Notes under the pieces: generated by a model
What the model saw: only the letters and a program-made list of their open reading frames with translations
What the model was told of the DNA's origin: nothing
Database searches by the model: none
From: Candidatus Paceibacter sp.
GTDB lineage: Bacteria; Patescibacteriota; Minisyncoccia; UBA6257; 02-FULL-45-10c
Length of the DNA: 64,000 nt
Assembly: GCA_020724845.1 (NCBI GenBank)
Contig: DYGE01000001.1
Span: 58,218 to 122,217 of the forward strand
Direction of reading: 5' to 3'
Part shown: in pieces, positions 34,992-44,582 of the stretch
Numbering within the stretch: the first letter of the stretch is position 1
How the letters are laid out: each line of letters starts with the position of its first letter
Made by a program: the position numbers and the translations under genes

Positions 34992-36629
34992 TTATTTAGC
35001 GGATTTTATCAGGTGTTCAAAGGCATAATCCATTTTAGCCCCTACTTTCTTGCCGGGGTTAAAAATATTATTAGGATCAAATATTTTCTTAGTTTTCTCA
35101 AAAAGTCCGTAGATTTTTTCCCCATACATTTTTTCCAAGTACGGGCTGCGTATCAGGCCGTCGTTGTGTTCGGCAGTAATTGAGCCGTCATACTTCAAAA
35201 CCAAATCATAAACCTTTTCTGAAAGGCTTTTAATGATTTCGTGGTTTTTGGGATCAGAAAGATCCATCAGCGGAATAATATGAAAGTTGCCGTCACCGAC
35301 ATGGCCGGCGATCGTGTAAATAATTTTATATTGGCCCAAAATCTTATACAGCTCCGGCAGAAATTCCGGAAGATCCTCAACTTTTACTATGAAATCGTCT
35401 ATAAATGGCGCGGTTCTTTTCCCTTTAATATGATGCCGGAGCAGATTAAAGCTTTCTCTTCTGATAACCCAGTATTTCCGCGCTTCTTCTTCGCTGGCAA
35501 GAACGCGGAAATTGGCGCTGCTTTTTTCCAGCTCTTTTTCCAAATCACCCAGTTTACTTTGTAATCTCTCCTCGCTGTCGTCAGTGAATTCAGCCAACAA
35601 TATCAATTTTGGCACTCCCCCGCTCAAAAGCATCCAAAATTCCGGCAGAAAATTCCACGCCAAGCTAAAAATATTCTTTTTGAGCAGCTTAACTAAGCTT
35701 GGCAAATAACGGAGGGCGATTTTCAGCGTGTTGTCATCAAAAGATTCAAAGCTCTCTGGCCGGAATTTCATTACGGCCTGCGCGATATTCGCTAACGGAT
35801 TCAGATCTTTCAGAAAAATTACTGCCATGCGCGAATGTTTCTTCGGCTTTATCAATTTGAATTTAATCTCAGTAATAATGCCTAAAGTTCCCTGTGAACC
35901 GACGAATAGTTTGGTTAAATCAAAGACTTTACCATTCCACACGTTCCACAAGTAATAACCGGCCGAATTTTTGGAAACTTGCGGCTTAGCCGCGTCCAAA
36001 TCTTCCTTGTGTTCCGTAACCAGGCTGTAAATTTCCTTATATAGCTTCCCCTCAAAGTCGTTTTGGGATAACTTACTGTCCAATTCTTGGCGATTTAACG
36101 GCTTAAAAGAATACTCAATGCCGTCAGCCAGTATGGCCTTAAGCCCCATTACGTAGTTCTCCGTCTTTCCGTAGGCCAGAGTTTTCTCTCCTCCGGCGTT
36201 GTTGGCGACCATTCCGCCAAGCGCGCAAATTTCCCGCGAAGCCGGATAAGATGGCAGAAGCAATCCCTTTTTCAAAGTTTCTTTTTCAAAATCGCGATAG
36301 AAAACTCCGGGTTCAGCTATCGCGTAATCTTCGCCGATTTCCAAAACGCGATTGAGATGTTTAGTGACATCAACTATCACTGACTCGGTAAGCGCCCCGC
36401 CGGTCATATCTGTTCCTCCGGAACGGGCAGTCAGAGTTAACATTTGATCCTTGCCTGGCTTTTGGCTAGCGAATTTAACTAAATTTTTGATGTCTTCCGC
36501 GTCTTTCGGACACACGACCACCTGCGGCCTAATTTCAAACAAACTAGCGTCGCGGCTGTATTTTTTTAGCGTATTCTCGTCAGCCAGCACATCCCCCTTA
36601 ATTATTTTTTTTAATTCTTCGAACAACAT
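34992..36629 (-). CDS. FAD-linked oxidase (GlcD/D-lactate dehydrogenase family)
   Basis: FAD-binding PCMH-type N-terminus (RSGGTDMTGGA) and a C-terminal FAD-oxidase domain; 545 aa. Confidence 0.85.
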   Translation of the reverse strand: MLFEELKKIIKGDVLADENTLKKYSRDASLFEIRPQVVVCPKDAEDIKNLVKFASQKPGKDQMLTLTARSGGTDMTGGALTESVIVDVTKHLNRVLEIGEDYAIAEPGVFYRDFEKETLKKGLLLPSYPASREICALGGMVANNAGGEKTLAYGKTENYVMGLKAILADGIEYSFKPLNRQELDSKLSQNDFEGKLYKEIYSLVTEHKEDLDAAKPQVSKNSAGYYLWNVWNGKVFDLTKLFVGSQGTLGIITEIKFKLIKPKKHSRMAVIFLKDLNPLANIAQAVMKFRPESFESFDDNTLKIALRYLPSLVKLLKKNIFSLAWNFLPEFWMLLSGGVPKLILLAEFTDDSEERLQSKLGDLEKELEKSSANFRVLASEEEARKYWVIRRESFNLLRHHIKGKRTAPFIDDFIVKVEDLPEFLPELYKILGQYKIIYTIAGHVGDGNFHIIPLMDLSDPKNHEIIKSLSEKVYDLVLKYDGSITAEHNDGLIRSPYLEKMYGEKIYGLFEKTKKIFDPNNIFNPGKKVGAKMDYAFEHLIKSAK

Positions 36630-36636
36630 ATTTCGT

Positions 36637-37356
36637 TTACCCTAAATTTTTATAGTAACGCGGCGCTACTTTAATTGCCAGAATCAACCCGAAAAGCAGC
36701 GCAAAGCCGCACATGATTGACGGGATAGCGTCTCTAGCCGGCGGAGATATCAGGTAAACGATACCCATTGGAAGCATAAAGGAAAGATAGCCGATAATCA
36801 GCCAAACGAGAGCTTTTCGTTCGCCTTTATTTTCCAGCAACCCTTCCAGCGCCTCCCAAATTCCCAATAAGAGAAATAGGAAGTAGTATCCCGCGTATAA
36901 CCAAGCCAGCTCTGTTTGGCTGTAGAAAACGATGTAATTCCCAGTGCAGACAGCGCTTGAAGTTACGGCATTTTCCGCGAAAGCGTAAATCAGAATGAAA
37001 GCGAACATCAGCACATACCCTAATTTCAGAAAATGGCGGCTTCCGGTAATCGTGTAAGTTAAATGCAGGGCAAGAACAGGCAAGATCGTGATGAATACAA
37101 ACCCAAGTCGTGTCAGGATCAAGCTATCTCCTATTTCGCAGATCTGATATTCAATGAATTGGAATCCGGCTAAAAGCAGCAGAATTGAAATCACAATCCT
37201 GCTAAACACGGTAGTTTTATATCGGAAAAAGACATAAATCGCGGCGGCTACCTCAATTAAAAAAGTCGCCAGCATAACTTCCGGCGAAAAACAGAAAAAA
37301 AGATTTTGGTTATTTTTATCGCAAAGAAAAAATATGCTCTTGCCCTGCTTATTCAT
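36637..37356 (-). CDS. Hypothetical polytopic membrane protein
   Basis: 239 aa with about 7 TM helices. Confidence 0.5.
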   Translation of the reverse strand: MNKQGKSIFFLCDKNNQNLFFCFSPEVMLATFLIEVAAAIYVFFRYKTTVFSRIVISILLLLAGFQFIEYQICEIGDSLILTRLGFVFITILPVLALHLTYTITGSRHFLKLGYVLMFAFILIYAFAENAVTSSAVCTGNYIVFYSQTELAWLYAGYYFLFLLLGIWEALEGLLENKGERKALVWLIIGYLSFMLPMGIVYLISPPARDAIPSIMCGFALLFGLILAIKVAPRYYKNLG

Positions 37357-37360
37357 TCCT

Positions 37361-38623
37361 TTATTCCGCGATGACTTCGATATTCGCTTTTAAGACGCCG
37401 GATGCCGGCCAATAAGAAGAAATAGTGAATGACTCATCGGCAACGAATTCTACCGTAGTTGAGCCGCCTGGTTTAACCGGATCCGTCTGAAATTTAGAAC
37501 TGCGAAAATCCAACCCCCCGAAATAAACATTAGCTTGCCTAACAACAAAAGTGAGCATAACTTTGGCGCCTTTTGGCACCTCTATGTTACCGGCCGGGTA
37601 AAAACCGCTATCATCCGCCTCTAACGTTAATTCTCGCGCGACTCCCTGCATTTCCGGAGTTCTTGATTCTGCCGGAGCTGGCGTTGTTGCGGCTTCCCGC
37701 TCCTTTTCTGGAATCGGGCATTCTCCTTTTGATTGAATTTCCACGCCGGCTACGCCAGCAGTACAGGAATTTGAATAGGTCTTACCGTCTTTGCCGCAAA
37801 CCGGCTCGTAGACCTGGATGCAAAGCACCTGATCTTCCTCCGGAGCCGGTTCCGGCATTTTTTCCGTTTCAGGAACAATAACAGGCGGGGCAGTCCTAGT
37901 TTCCGGAAATGCCGGCGCTTGGGCAGGCGCTATTTCCGTCTTGAGTTTTTCTATAACTTCGCTGACTCTGGAGGCAGCTTCTTCCGGCAGTTGTTCCACT
38001 AATGACTCAAGAACCTCTATGGATTGCAGTTCCGTTGCCGCTTTTACCGCTGTATCGGAAAATATAGCCGGATCGCTTTTTCTGGAAACATCTGCCAGCA
38101 TTTCTCCGAAACGGTTTTTGGAAAGTTTAATGGAATCTTGCAGTGGCTCATTCTCCACGAACTTGTCTTCCAGCTCTGCAAATAACCTGGCATGTCTTAG
38201 CGTTCTGTCAGTTATATTCTCCAGCAAAATGCTGACATTGGGATTTTCCGAGTGATCAGGCAGTGAAGCAATCCTATCTTTTAGGCGTTCTTGCGATGCT
38301 TGGTAGTTGGTTATAGCTTCATTAATCGCCTCGTAATTTTCTGGGAAGGTTTCAGCCACGGCATCAAGTTCAGCCGCCTTTTCATTATTAAAATTGGATT
38401 CCAATTCCGCTTTTTTAACTCTGTCAAAAGTCAGTAACAGCCGGAGGCTCCTCCTCCATTCTTTTAAGAAATAGAATGGGTTAGTTGGCAGAAGGCCGGG
38501 CTCTTCAATGCCCAAATTTACTGTTGCCGCCTGAATAGGCAGATTTTCTTCTTCATGAGCCAAGGCGGGATTTGTAGTTGATAGAACTGCTAGAGTTAAA
38601 AAAATAATGGAAAATTTGTTCAT
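37361..38623 (-). CDS. Secreted DUF5667-like helical protein with Kazal domain and C-terminal beta domain
   Basis: Signal peptide; NPFYFLKEWRRSL resembles the DUF5667 motif. Kazal motif CIQVYEPVCGKDGKTYSNSC. Pro/Thr/Ala linker. Confidence 0.6.
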   Translation of the reverse strand: MNKFSIIFLTLAVLSTTNPALAHEEENLPIQAATVNLGIEEPGLLPTNPFYFLKEWRRSLRLLLTFDRVKKAELESNFNNEKAAELDAVAETFPENYEAINEAITNYQASQERLKDRIASLPDHSENPNVSILLENITDRTLRHARLFAELEDKFVENEPLQDSIKLSKNRFGEMLADVSRKSDPAIFSDTAVKAATELQSIEVLESLVEQLPEEAASRVSEVIEKLKTEIAPAQAPAFPETRTAPPVIVPETEKMPEPAPEEDQVLCIQVYEPVCGKDGKTYSNSCTAGVAGVEIQSKGECPIPEKEREAATTPAPAESRTPEMQGVARELTLEADDSGFYPAGNIEVPKGAKVMLTFVVRQANVYFGGLDFRSSKFQTDPVKPGGSTTVEFVADESFTISSYWPASGVLKANIEVIAE

Positions 38624-38667
38624 ATAGTGATTATAACAGACAATACTTCAGTATCTTAATCCACCCA

Positions 38668-39429
38668 TTATTGCGCCAGCCAGCCGCCGTCCGCGTAGAA
38701 AGTTGAGCCAGTGATATAGCTTGATTCCTCGGAGGCAAGATAGACAACCAAAGAAGAGATCTCTTCTGGTCTGCCGATTCTTTTTAGCGGAACCCTGACA
38801 GATATTTCTTTGCTTACTTCCGGATTTAATTCCCCAACCCTTACCATTGGCGTGTCTATAGCTCCAGGCCCGATCACGTTAACCAAGATTCCATACTCCG
38901 CCCATTCGGACGCGAGAGTTTCGGTCATCCCGATTATACCTCCTTTAGAAGCCGCGTAAGCTGTGCCGCCGGCAAAACCTATCCCCGTCCCGCCGGAAGC
39001 GATGGAAGCAATATTAATGATCCTCCCCCACTTATTTTTCATCATCTCTTTAGCAGCTCGTTGGGCGCAAAGAAACTGGCCTTTAAGGTTTACGTTTAAA
39101 ACTTTATCCCAATCTTCTTCGGACATCTCAAGAGCCGGTTTCAAGTTGAGTACGCCGGCATTGTTAACTAAAATATCCAAGCTGCCGAAACGTCCTGCGA
39201 CTTCTCCAATCACTTTATCAACCTCCGCGGCGCTGGAAACATCTAATTTCCAGGCCGCCGCTTCTCCGCCGGCGGATTTTATTTCTTCAACTACTTTTTC
39301 GCATTCAGCGAGATCAATGTCCGTTACCGCCACTTTTGCTCCTTGTTTTGCCAAAGCCAACGCGTGGGTTCTCCCCATTCCCCGCCTTGCTCCGGTTACT
39401 AACGATATTTTACCGTCTAACTTAAACAT
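38668..39429 (-). CDS. SDR family oxidoreductase (FabG-like)
   Basis: TGARRGMG Rossmann motif, NNAG, YAASKGG catalytic motif. Confidence 0.85.
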   Translation of the reverse strand: MFKLDGKISLVTGARRGMGRTHALALAKQGAKVAVTDIDLAECEKVVEEIKSAGGEAAAWKLDVSSAAEVDKVIGEVAGRFGSLDILVNNAGVLNLKPALEMSEEDWDKVLNVNLKGQFLCAQRAAKEMMKNKWGRIINIASIASGGTGIGFAGGTAYAASKGGIIGMTETLASEWAEYGILVNVIGPGAIDTPMVRVGELNPEVSKEISVRVPLKRIGRPEEISSLVVYLASEESSYITGSTFYADGGWLAQ

Positions 39430-39514
39430 ATTTTTATTTTACCACAATCGCTGGAAAAACTTTCCCAAAACATATATTCTATAATTAGAATAGCTAAAAT
39501 CTGACGAAGCGCAG

Positions 39515-40000
39515 ATGCCCGACAGGCCCGTTAAGAAAGTTTCAGAGTCCTCCCTGGATAACCAGCAGTATATGATTTTCCCGGATGACTTAAATCCAAA
39601 CGGTACGGTATTCGGCGGGACAGTTATGGCAGAAGGCGATAAAATTGCCGCGTTGGTGGCTCGCCGGCATAGCGAACAGAACTGCGTCACTGCCTGCGTG
39701 GATTCCTGCCGATTCCTAGCTCCAGGCAGGCAAGGAGAAGTATTGGTTTTCAACGCTTCCGTGAATCGGGTCTGGAATTCCTCAATGGAAATCGGCGTCA
39801 AAGTTTTTTCAGAAAACTACAAGACTGGAGAGAAGCGGCACATAGTATCGGCCTACTACACTTTCGTTCCTATTAACGAGCAAGAGCGGCCGGTGCCGGT
39901 AAAATATGGTCTGCAACCGGAAACCGAAGATGCGAAGCGCCGTTACCGCCAAGCTGAAAGCCGCCGACAAAGGCGCCTGGCTGAAAGAGAGCAAAATTAA
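39515..40000 (+). CDS. Acyl-CoA thioesterase (hotdog fold)
   Basis: YciA-like: PDDLNPNGTVFGG motif. Confidence 0.8.
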   Translation: MPDRPVKKVSESSLDNQQYMIFPDDLNPNGTVFGGTVMAEGDKIAALVARRHSEQNCVTACVDSCRFLAPGRQGEVLVFNASVNRVWNSSMEIGVKVFSENYKTGEKRHIVSAYYTFVPINEQERPVPVKYGLQPETEDAKRRYRQAESRRQRRLAEREQN

Positions 40001-40027
40001 CAATCCCGCTAAGCGGGATTTTTTATT
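40001..40027. terminator. Bidirectional terminator (atcccgctaagcgggat + TTTTTATT)
   Basis: Between the convergent thioesterase and MFS genes. Confidence 0.7.
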
Positions 40028-41195
40028 AAGACATTCTTTCTTTCAGCCGCGAACTTAAGAAGGCAAAAAATAACATACTCAAAGAAAGTCCCAAAAAAGC
40101 GAATTTAAAAGGCAGAAATAATAAGATAAGGGCCGTGGCAAAATTTCCGGCGGCGCTTAAAACCGGGTGGCAAGTCAGGTAAGCCGGATAAAATCTTTCT
40201 TCATCCGCTTCGGATATTATCCTGAAGAAATAGGATTCCCGCGTTGATTCTATGCAAGCAGCGCCGAAGCTTGCCAAAACGAATGCCAACAGAATGGCAT
40301 ATACATTCTCAAGCGCGAAAGCCAGCAAACTAAAAATAGCCAATAGAGAAAATCCCGCTGTTAGGAAAATCTTAAAACCGGTTTTATCGGCTGTTTTTCC
40401 TATCAAATATTCTAAAAGCAGCGGAGTAGACACCAAGAACAAGAAAATCCCGACTGCCGCCTCATCTAAATTATTTTTTAAAATAAATAACGGCAAGTAA
40501 ATAAAGATTACCGACCACCACCAACCAATTCCTCCGCTGACAAGATAAATTTTCACAAGCTCCCTGTTCTCAAAATAGGCCTTAACATTCTTCCAAAAAT
40601 CAGGATGAATTTCTTTTGCGTGTATTAAATCCTTTAAGCCGGCAATGTATCTGAAAACAACCAAAGCTATAATCAATAATATCGCGGCCATTAGAAAAAC
40701 CGGCGAAAATCCGTAATATCTCAAAAGAAACCCCGCTAGCAGCGGACCAAAAATCCAACCCAAATTTTCCAGAGCGTACCTAAGGCCTTCCGCCTTGCCT
40801 ATCTCTCGGATGTCGGATTGATCCCTTAGAATGATACCGAAGGAGATGAAATAAAGCATTCGGGCAATGGCAAACGGAATTGCTACCGCAAGAAACACGT
40901 AGAAACTGCCGATAAAAGCAAAAGCTAAATATCCCAACGCAATTCCTGCAGCGGAATAGGAATAAACTTTAATCTTGGAGTGTTTCTCAAGCAGGGGAAT
41001 CAACAAAAAAGCTGAAAGAATGGAAATAACAATCAACCCGGCTGTGATAAAACCGACAGCTGCTTCGCTGCGCAAAAAACTATTCAAATAAATAGCCCAG
41101 ATAGCTTCAACTCCGGAAAACGCGATGCCGGATATGGAAGCGATAACGGCAAGCTGCCAGACTATATTAAAATACCCGCTTCTTTTGATCAGCAT
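40026..41195 (-). CDS. MFS transporter
   Basis: 389 aa, 12 TM helices. Confidence 0.8.
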   Translation of the reverse strand: MLIKRSGYFNIVWQLAVIASISGIAFSGVEAIWAIYLNSFLRSEAAVGFITAGLIVISILSAFLLIPLLEKHSKIKVYSYSAAGIALGYLAFAFIGSFYVFLAVAIPFAIARMLYFISFGIILRDQSDIREIGKAEGLRYALENLGWIFGPLLAGFLLRYYGFSPVFLMAAILLIIALVVFRYIAGLKDLIHAKEIHPDFWKNVKAYFENRELVKIYLVSGGIGWWWSVIFIYLPLFILKNNLDEAAVGIFLFLVSTPLLLEYLIGKTADKTGFKIFLTAGFSLLAIFSLLAFALENVYAILLAFVLASFGAACIESTRESYFFRIISEADEERFYPAYLTCHPVLSAAGNFATALILLFLPFKFAFLGLSLSMLFFAFLSSRLKERMS

Positions 41196-41210
41196 GCGCT
41201 TCTTTCACGG

Positions 41211-41630
41211 TTATTCTGTCTCCTTTTCGAGATCTAAGGCGGCAGAATTAATGCAGAATCTTTTTCCAGATGCCGGCCTGCCGTCAGGCATAGTGGTTGG
41301 GCCGTCATCAAAAACATGGCCGAGGTGCGAGCCGCACTTTTTACAAATCACTTCAGTTCTCCGCATTCCATAACTATCGTCCGGACGGAGCTCAACATTT
41401 TCCGTATTCGCTGGTTCGCAAAAGCTTGGCCAACCAGTCTTGGAATCAAACTTAGTATCCGAAGAAAATAACTCCGCCCCGCAAGCTGCGCATTTATACA
41501 TACCTTTAGAATGCTCGTCCCAATATTTTCCAGAAAATGGCGCTTCCGTACCTTTTTCCCTTAGGACTTTATACTGCTCCGGGGTAAGTTCTTCTTTCCA
41601 TTCCTCTTCGGTTTTGTCTAACTTCGTCAT
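41211..41630 (-). CDS. msrB: Peptide-methionine (R)-S-oxide reductase MsrB
   Basis: CxxC...CxxC zinc site and [21 protein letters not shown] catalytic motif. Start at the Met of MTKLD. Confidence 0.9.
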   Translation of the reverse strand: MTKLDKTEEEWKEELTPEQYKVLREKGTEAPFSGKYWDEHSKGMYKCAACGAELFSSDTKFDSKTGWPSFCEPANTENVELRPDDSYGMRRTEVICKKCGSHLGHVFDDGPTTMPDGRPASGKRFCINSAALDLEKETE

Positions 41631-41650
41631 ATAAATTATGATAACACCCA

Positions 41651-41718
41651 TTGACAAATTGTACAATCTATGCTATAGTTCTCTGGTAAAGTAGCCGTCC
41701 CCTGTGAGGGGCGTTTTT
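41651..41718 (+). promoter_or_regulatory. Promoter TTGACA-17-TATAGT followed ~15 nt later by an intrinsic terminator hairpin (cgtcccctgtgaggggcg + TTTTT) in the 3D-domain gene leader
   Basis: -35 at 41651-41656, -10 at 41674-41679, hairpin at 41696-41713 then T-run; the ATG of the next gene is at 41731. Confidence 0.5.
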
Positions 41719-41730
41719 ATTAGCAAATTA

Positions 41731-42186
41731 ATGCAAAATATCAAAAAACAACTCTTAAAAGGACTCAACTATACCTTAGCCCTGGGAATCGCGGCTAACT
41801 TTGGTTCGCTCGCCCTTCCTGAAATGCCGAGTATTTTAGCCGAGCCGGCATTTTTTGAATCAGTGGCAACCACCTCTCTGGAAGCCCATTCGGCGACTAC
41901 TAGGGCGCTGGAAGTAACTTTAACGGGTTATTCTTCTACGCCGGATCAGACAGATGATACGCCCTTTATCGCGGCGTCCGGCAAGCACGTTTACGACGGA
42001 ATGATTGCGGCTAATTTCCTGCCTTTCGGAACCAAAGTGCAAATACCGGAACATTTCGGCGATAAGATTTTTGTGGTGGATGACAGGATGAATCGCCGAT
42101 ATTCCGACCGGGTAGATGTCTGGTTCCCGGATAGAAATTCCGCCATCAAATTTGGCATAAAAAAATCAACAATTATAATTCTTTAG
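41731..42186 (+). CDS. 3D-domain protein (MltA-like DPBB fold; cell-wall-associated)
   Basis: Signal/TM, then TGYSSTPDQTDDTPFIAASG ... VVDDRMNRRYSDRVDVWF with three conserved Asp. Confidence 0.7.
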   Translation: MQNIKKQLLKGLNYTLALGIAANFGSLALPEMPSILAEPAFFESVATTSLEAHSATTRALEVTLTGYSSTPDQTDDTPFIAASGKHVYDGMIAANFLPFGTKVQIPEHFGDKIFVVDDRMNRRYSDRVDVWFPDRNSAIKFGIKKSTIIIL

Positions 42187-42187
42187 A

Positions 42188-42214
42188 AAACCTCCGCTTA
42201 CGCGGGGTTTTTAA
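42188..42214. terminator. Bidirectional terminator (cctccgcttacgcgggg + TTTTT)
   Basis: Between the convergent 3D-domain gene and the small minus-strand ORF. Confidence 0.6.
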
Positions 42215-42239
42215 TTTGTCGGTTATTCCGTTAATGGGT

Positions 42240-42506
42240 TTATTCTTTTATATCTGACGCGTTAAGGTAGCCGGAGCTAAAATTATATTTTAAATTTTCA
42301 AGAAATTTTCTCCCGTCTTTGAAAAACAGCCGCCCTCGCCTCCCGGGAACTTCTCCGCTCAAATAATCAAGAATCCCTTCCGACTTTAAATTAGCGGTTA
42401 AATTTTCATCTCCCCCGCAAACAATTTCTCCATTTGCTAACTCGCACTTGGCAATCACCTCCTGCGAGCCGTCATTATTCAATTTGTAGAATTCTACGTA
42501 TGGCAT
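42240..42506 (-). CDS. Small hypothetical protein (88 aa) translationally coupled to the upstream kinase-like gene
   Basis: ATG 2 nt after the kinase stop codon; the TTG-extended version would overlap by 16 nt. Confidence 0.45.
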   Translation of the reverse strand: MPYVEFYKLNNDGSQEVIAKCELANGEIVCGGDENLTANLKSEGILDYLSGEVPGRRGRLFFKDGRKFLENLKYNFSSGYLNASDIKE

Positions 42507-42508
42507 TG

Positions 42509-43279
42509 TTATCTCGGCGCCCACATTAAGATATCTAATGACGATTCAGGGATAGCGCCGTATTGATTTATAACAGATCGAATCGCTTTTAACCGCGCGA
42601 AAACCTGGTTAACCGCTCCTCTTTCTAAAAGCTCCGTGAGTAATTCGTCTAACAGGTCTCGCATCTTCTGATCCAGCGCTAACCCGTTTATCTTCTCTTT
42701 CAGATCTTCTGGGACAGGTAGGTCAAGCACGCCTTTATATTCAAATTCCCTTGGAACATAGTCCCAGACAAAACTATGCCCGTGATCAATCGCGTAAATT
42801 TGGTTGCCTTTAAGCAGGTAGTTATTAAAACCCCGATCCGTATTGCCGATTATGTAGTCAAATATGCAAAGCTTCAGTATTTCTTCTTTCGGTATATTTT
42901 CGCGACCTTTGCGGCCAAGCTGCATAGGCAGCAAAGAGTTTTCAACAAATTGCTGTAAGCTTCCAAGCTTTCCGGATATTGACCTTATAATAGTCGGCGG
43001 CACGAAATTGAAACCAAGAAAGCGATCTACCAGATAAGCCGCCCGCTCGTTGCCAATGAATTTAATCCTGTCTCCGTAGTCCTGGTGAGTGTGCGGCTTA
43101 AATACCCCTAGGCCATCGTTCTTCAATTTCACTAATTCCGCGTCGCCGGTAAATCCGCCAAGCAATTCAACGGTTCTTTCTACTTCTCTGCTTTGCAAAA
43201 TTTCTTCCTCCGGAGACGCGAATTGAGTCGGGGTTTCCCGATGATATGACTCTTTTTTTGAAGCAGTTTCAAATGCCAT
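42509..43279 (-). CDS. PI3K/PI4K-like kinase-fold protein
   Basis: Catalytic-loop-like IGNTDRGFNNYLL and activation-loop-like AIDHGHSF (compare PI3K GDRHxxN / IDFGH); upstream Lys region VFKPHT. Confidence 0.55.
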   Translation of the reverse strand: MAFETASKKESYHRETPTQFASPEEEILQSREVERTVELLGGFTGDAELVKLKNDGLGVFKPHTHQDYGDRIKFIGNERAAYLVDRFLGFNFVPPTIIRSISGKLGSLQQFVENSLLPMQLGRKGRENIPKEEILKLCIFDYIIGNTDRGFNNYLLKGNQIYAIDHGHSFVWDYVPREFEYKGVLDLPVPEDLKEKINGLALDQKMRDLLDELLTELLERGAVNQVFARLKAIRSVINQYGAIPESSLDILMWAPR

Positions 43280-43351
43280 GATTTCATCATACTATACCGA
43301 ATTCCCACTGGAAAGATGCCGCAAAATATTATAAACTGACGCAAATACCGT

Positions 43352-44509
43352 ATGATAGAATTTGAAATTCTCAAAAAATCCAAAAAGAGCCGCGCCCGAT
43401 TAGGGCTTTTAAAAACCCCGCACGGGACCGTAGAAACTCCCGCTTTAGTGCCAGTGGCCACGCAGGCGGCAGTCAAAGCTTTAACCACTGAAGAAGTCCT
43501 TAAAACTAAGAGCCAGATTTTGATTTCCAACACTTTTCATCTTCATCTGAAACCAGGCGAGAAGTATCTCAAAGCCAATGGCGGAATACACAAGTTCATG
43601 AATTGGCCAAGGCCAGTGATGACCGATTCCGGCGGATTCCAAGTATTCAGTTTAGGGTTCGGCCATGATCTGAATGTAGGAAAAATCCTAAAATACTTCC
43701 CTAGCCAGAATGGCGAAGAAAGGCGTGAATTATTAGATAAAAACATCCAGCCAAAAAAGGTTAAGATTACCGACGACGGAGTTTACTTCCGTTCTCCATT
43801 AGACGGGAAAGAATTATTCATAGGTCCGAGGGAATCAATCAAAATACAAGAGAAAATAGGGGCTGATATGATTTTTGCTTTTGACGAATGCACTTCGCCA
43901 CTCTCAACTTATGAATATGTGAAGAACTCGCTGGAACGCACGCATAGATGGGCGAAAGTATGCCTGAAGGCTCTAAAAACGGATCAGGCGCTTTTTGGCA
44001 TCGTTCAAGGTTCGCGTTTTAAGGATTTGCGGGAAGAAAGCGCTAAGCTCATAAATTCCCTTGATTTCCCAGGTTACGGCATCGGCGGAGATCTCGGACA
44101 AGATAAGCAAACAATGTCTAAAATCCTGAATTGGGTAATGCCCTTATTAGATGAAGGCAAACCCAGGCACCTTTTAGGAATCGGCTATTTGGAAGATATG
44201 GAATCAATTATCAAAAGCGGCGTAGATACTTTTGACTGCACCGTTCCCACTCATTATGGAAGGCGAGGCATCGCCTTCACTAGCCAAGGGAAATTGGATT
44301 TAAGAAAATCACAATTCTTAACCGATAAAAAACCGCTTGATAAAAATTGCGGCTGCTATGTCTGCGAAAACTATAAGAGAAATTACATCTGCCACCTATT
44401 CAAGGCCAAAGAAATTACTCCGCTTAGCTTACTGACTTTTCATAATCTCTACTTCTTTAATACCTACGTAGAAAAAATAAGGGAAAAGATAAAAGAAGGG
44501 AAAATTTAA
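43352..44509 (+). CDS. tgt: Queuine tRNA-ribosyltransferase
   Basis: TIM-barrel TGT motifs and C-terminal zinc site CGCYVCENYKRNYICHL. Confidence 0.9.
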   Translation: MIEFEILKKSKKSRARLGLLKTPHGTVETPALVPVATQAAVKALTTEEVLKTKSQILISNTFHLHLKPGEKYLKANGGIHKFMNWPRPVMTDSGGFQVFSLGFGHDLNVGKILKYFPSQNGEERRELLDKNIQPKKVKITDDGVYFRSPLDGKELFIGPRESIKIQEKIGADMIFAFDECTSPLSTYEYVKNSLERTHRWAKVCLKALKTDQALFGIVQGSRFKDLREESAKLINSLDFPGYGIGGDLGQDKQTMSKILNWVMPLLDEGKPRHLLGIGYLEDMESIIKSGVDTFDCTVPTHYGRRGIAFTSQGKLDLRKSQFLTDKKPLDKNCGCYVCENYKRNYICHLFKAKEITPLSLLTFHNLYFFNTYVEKIREKIKEGKI

Positions 44510-44582
44510 CGTATTAAGCCTAGTCCCTTGCTATTGTTTACTATTGGCTGTTTTTTTAATATACTCCCAGTAGCAAATCGAC

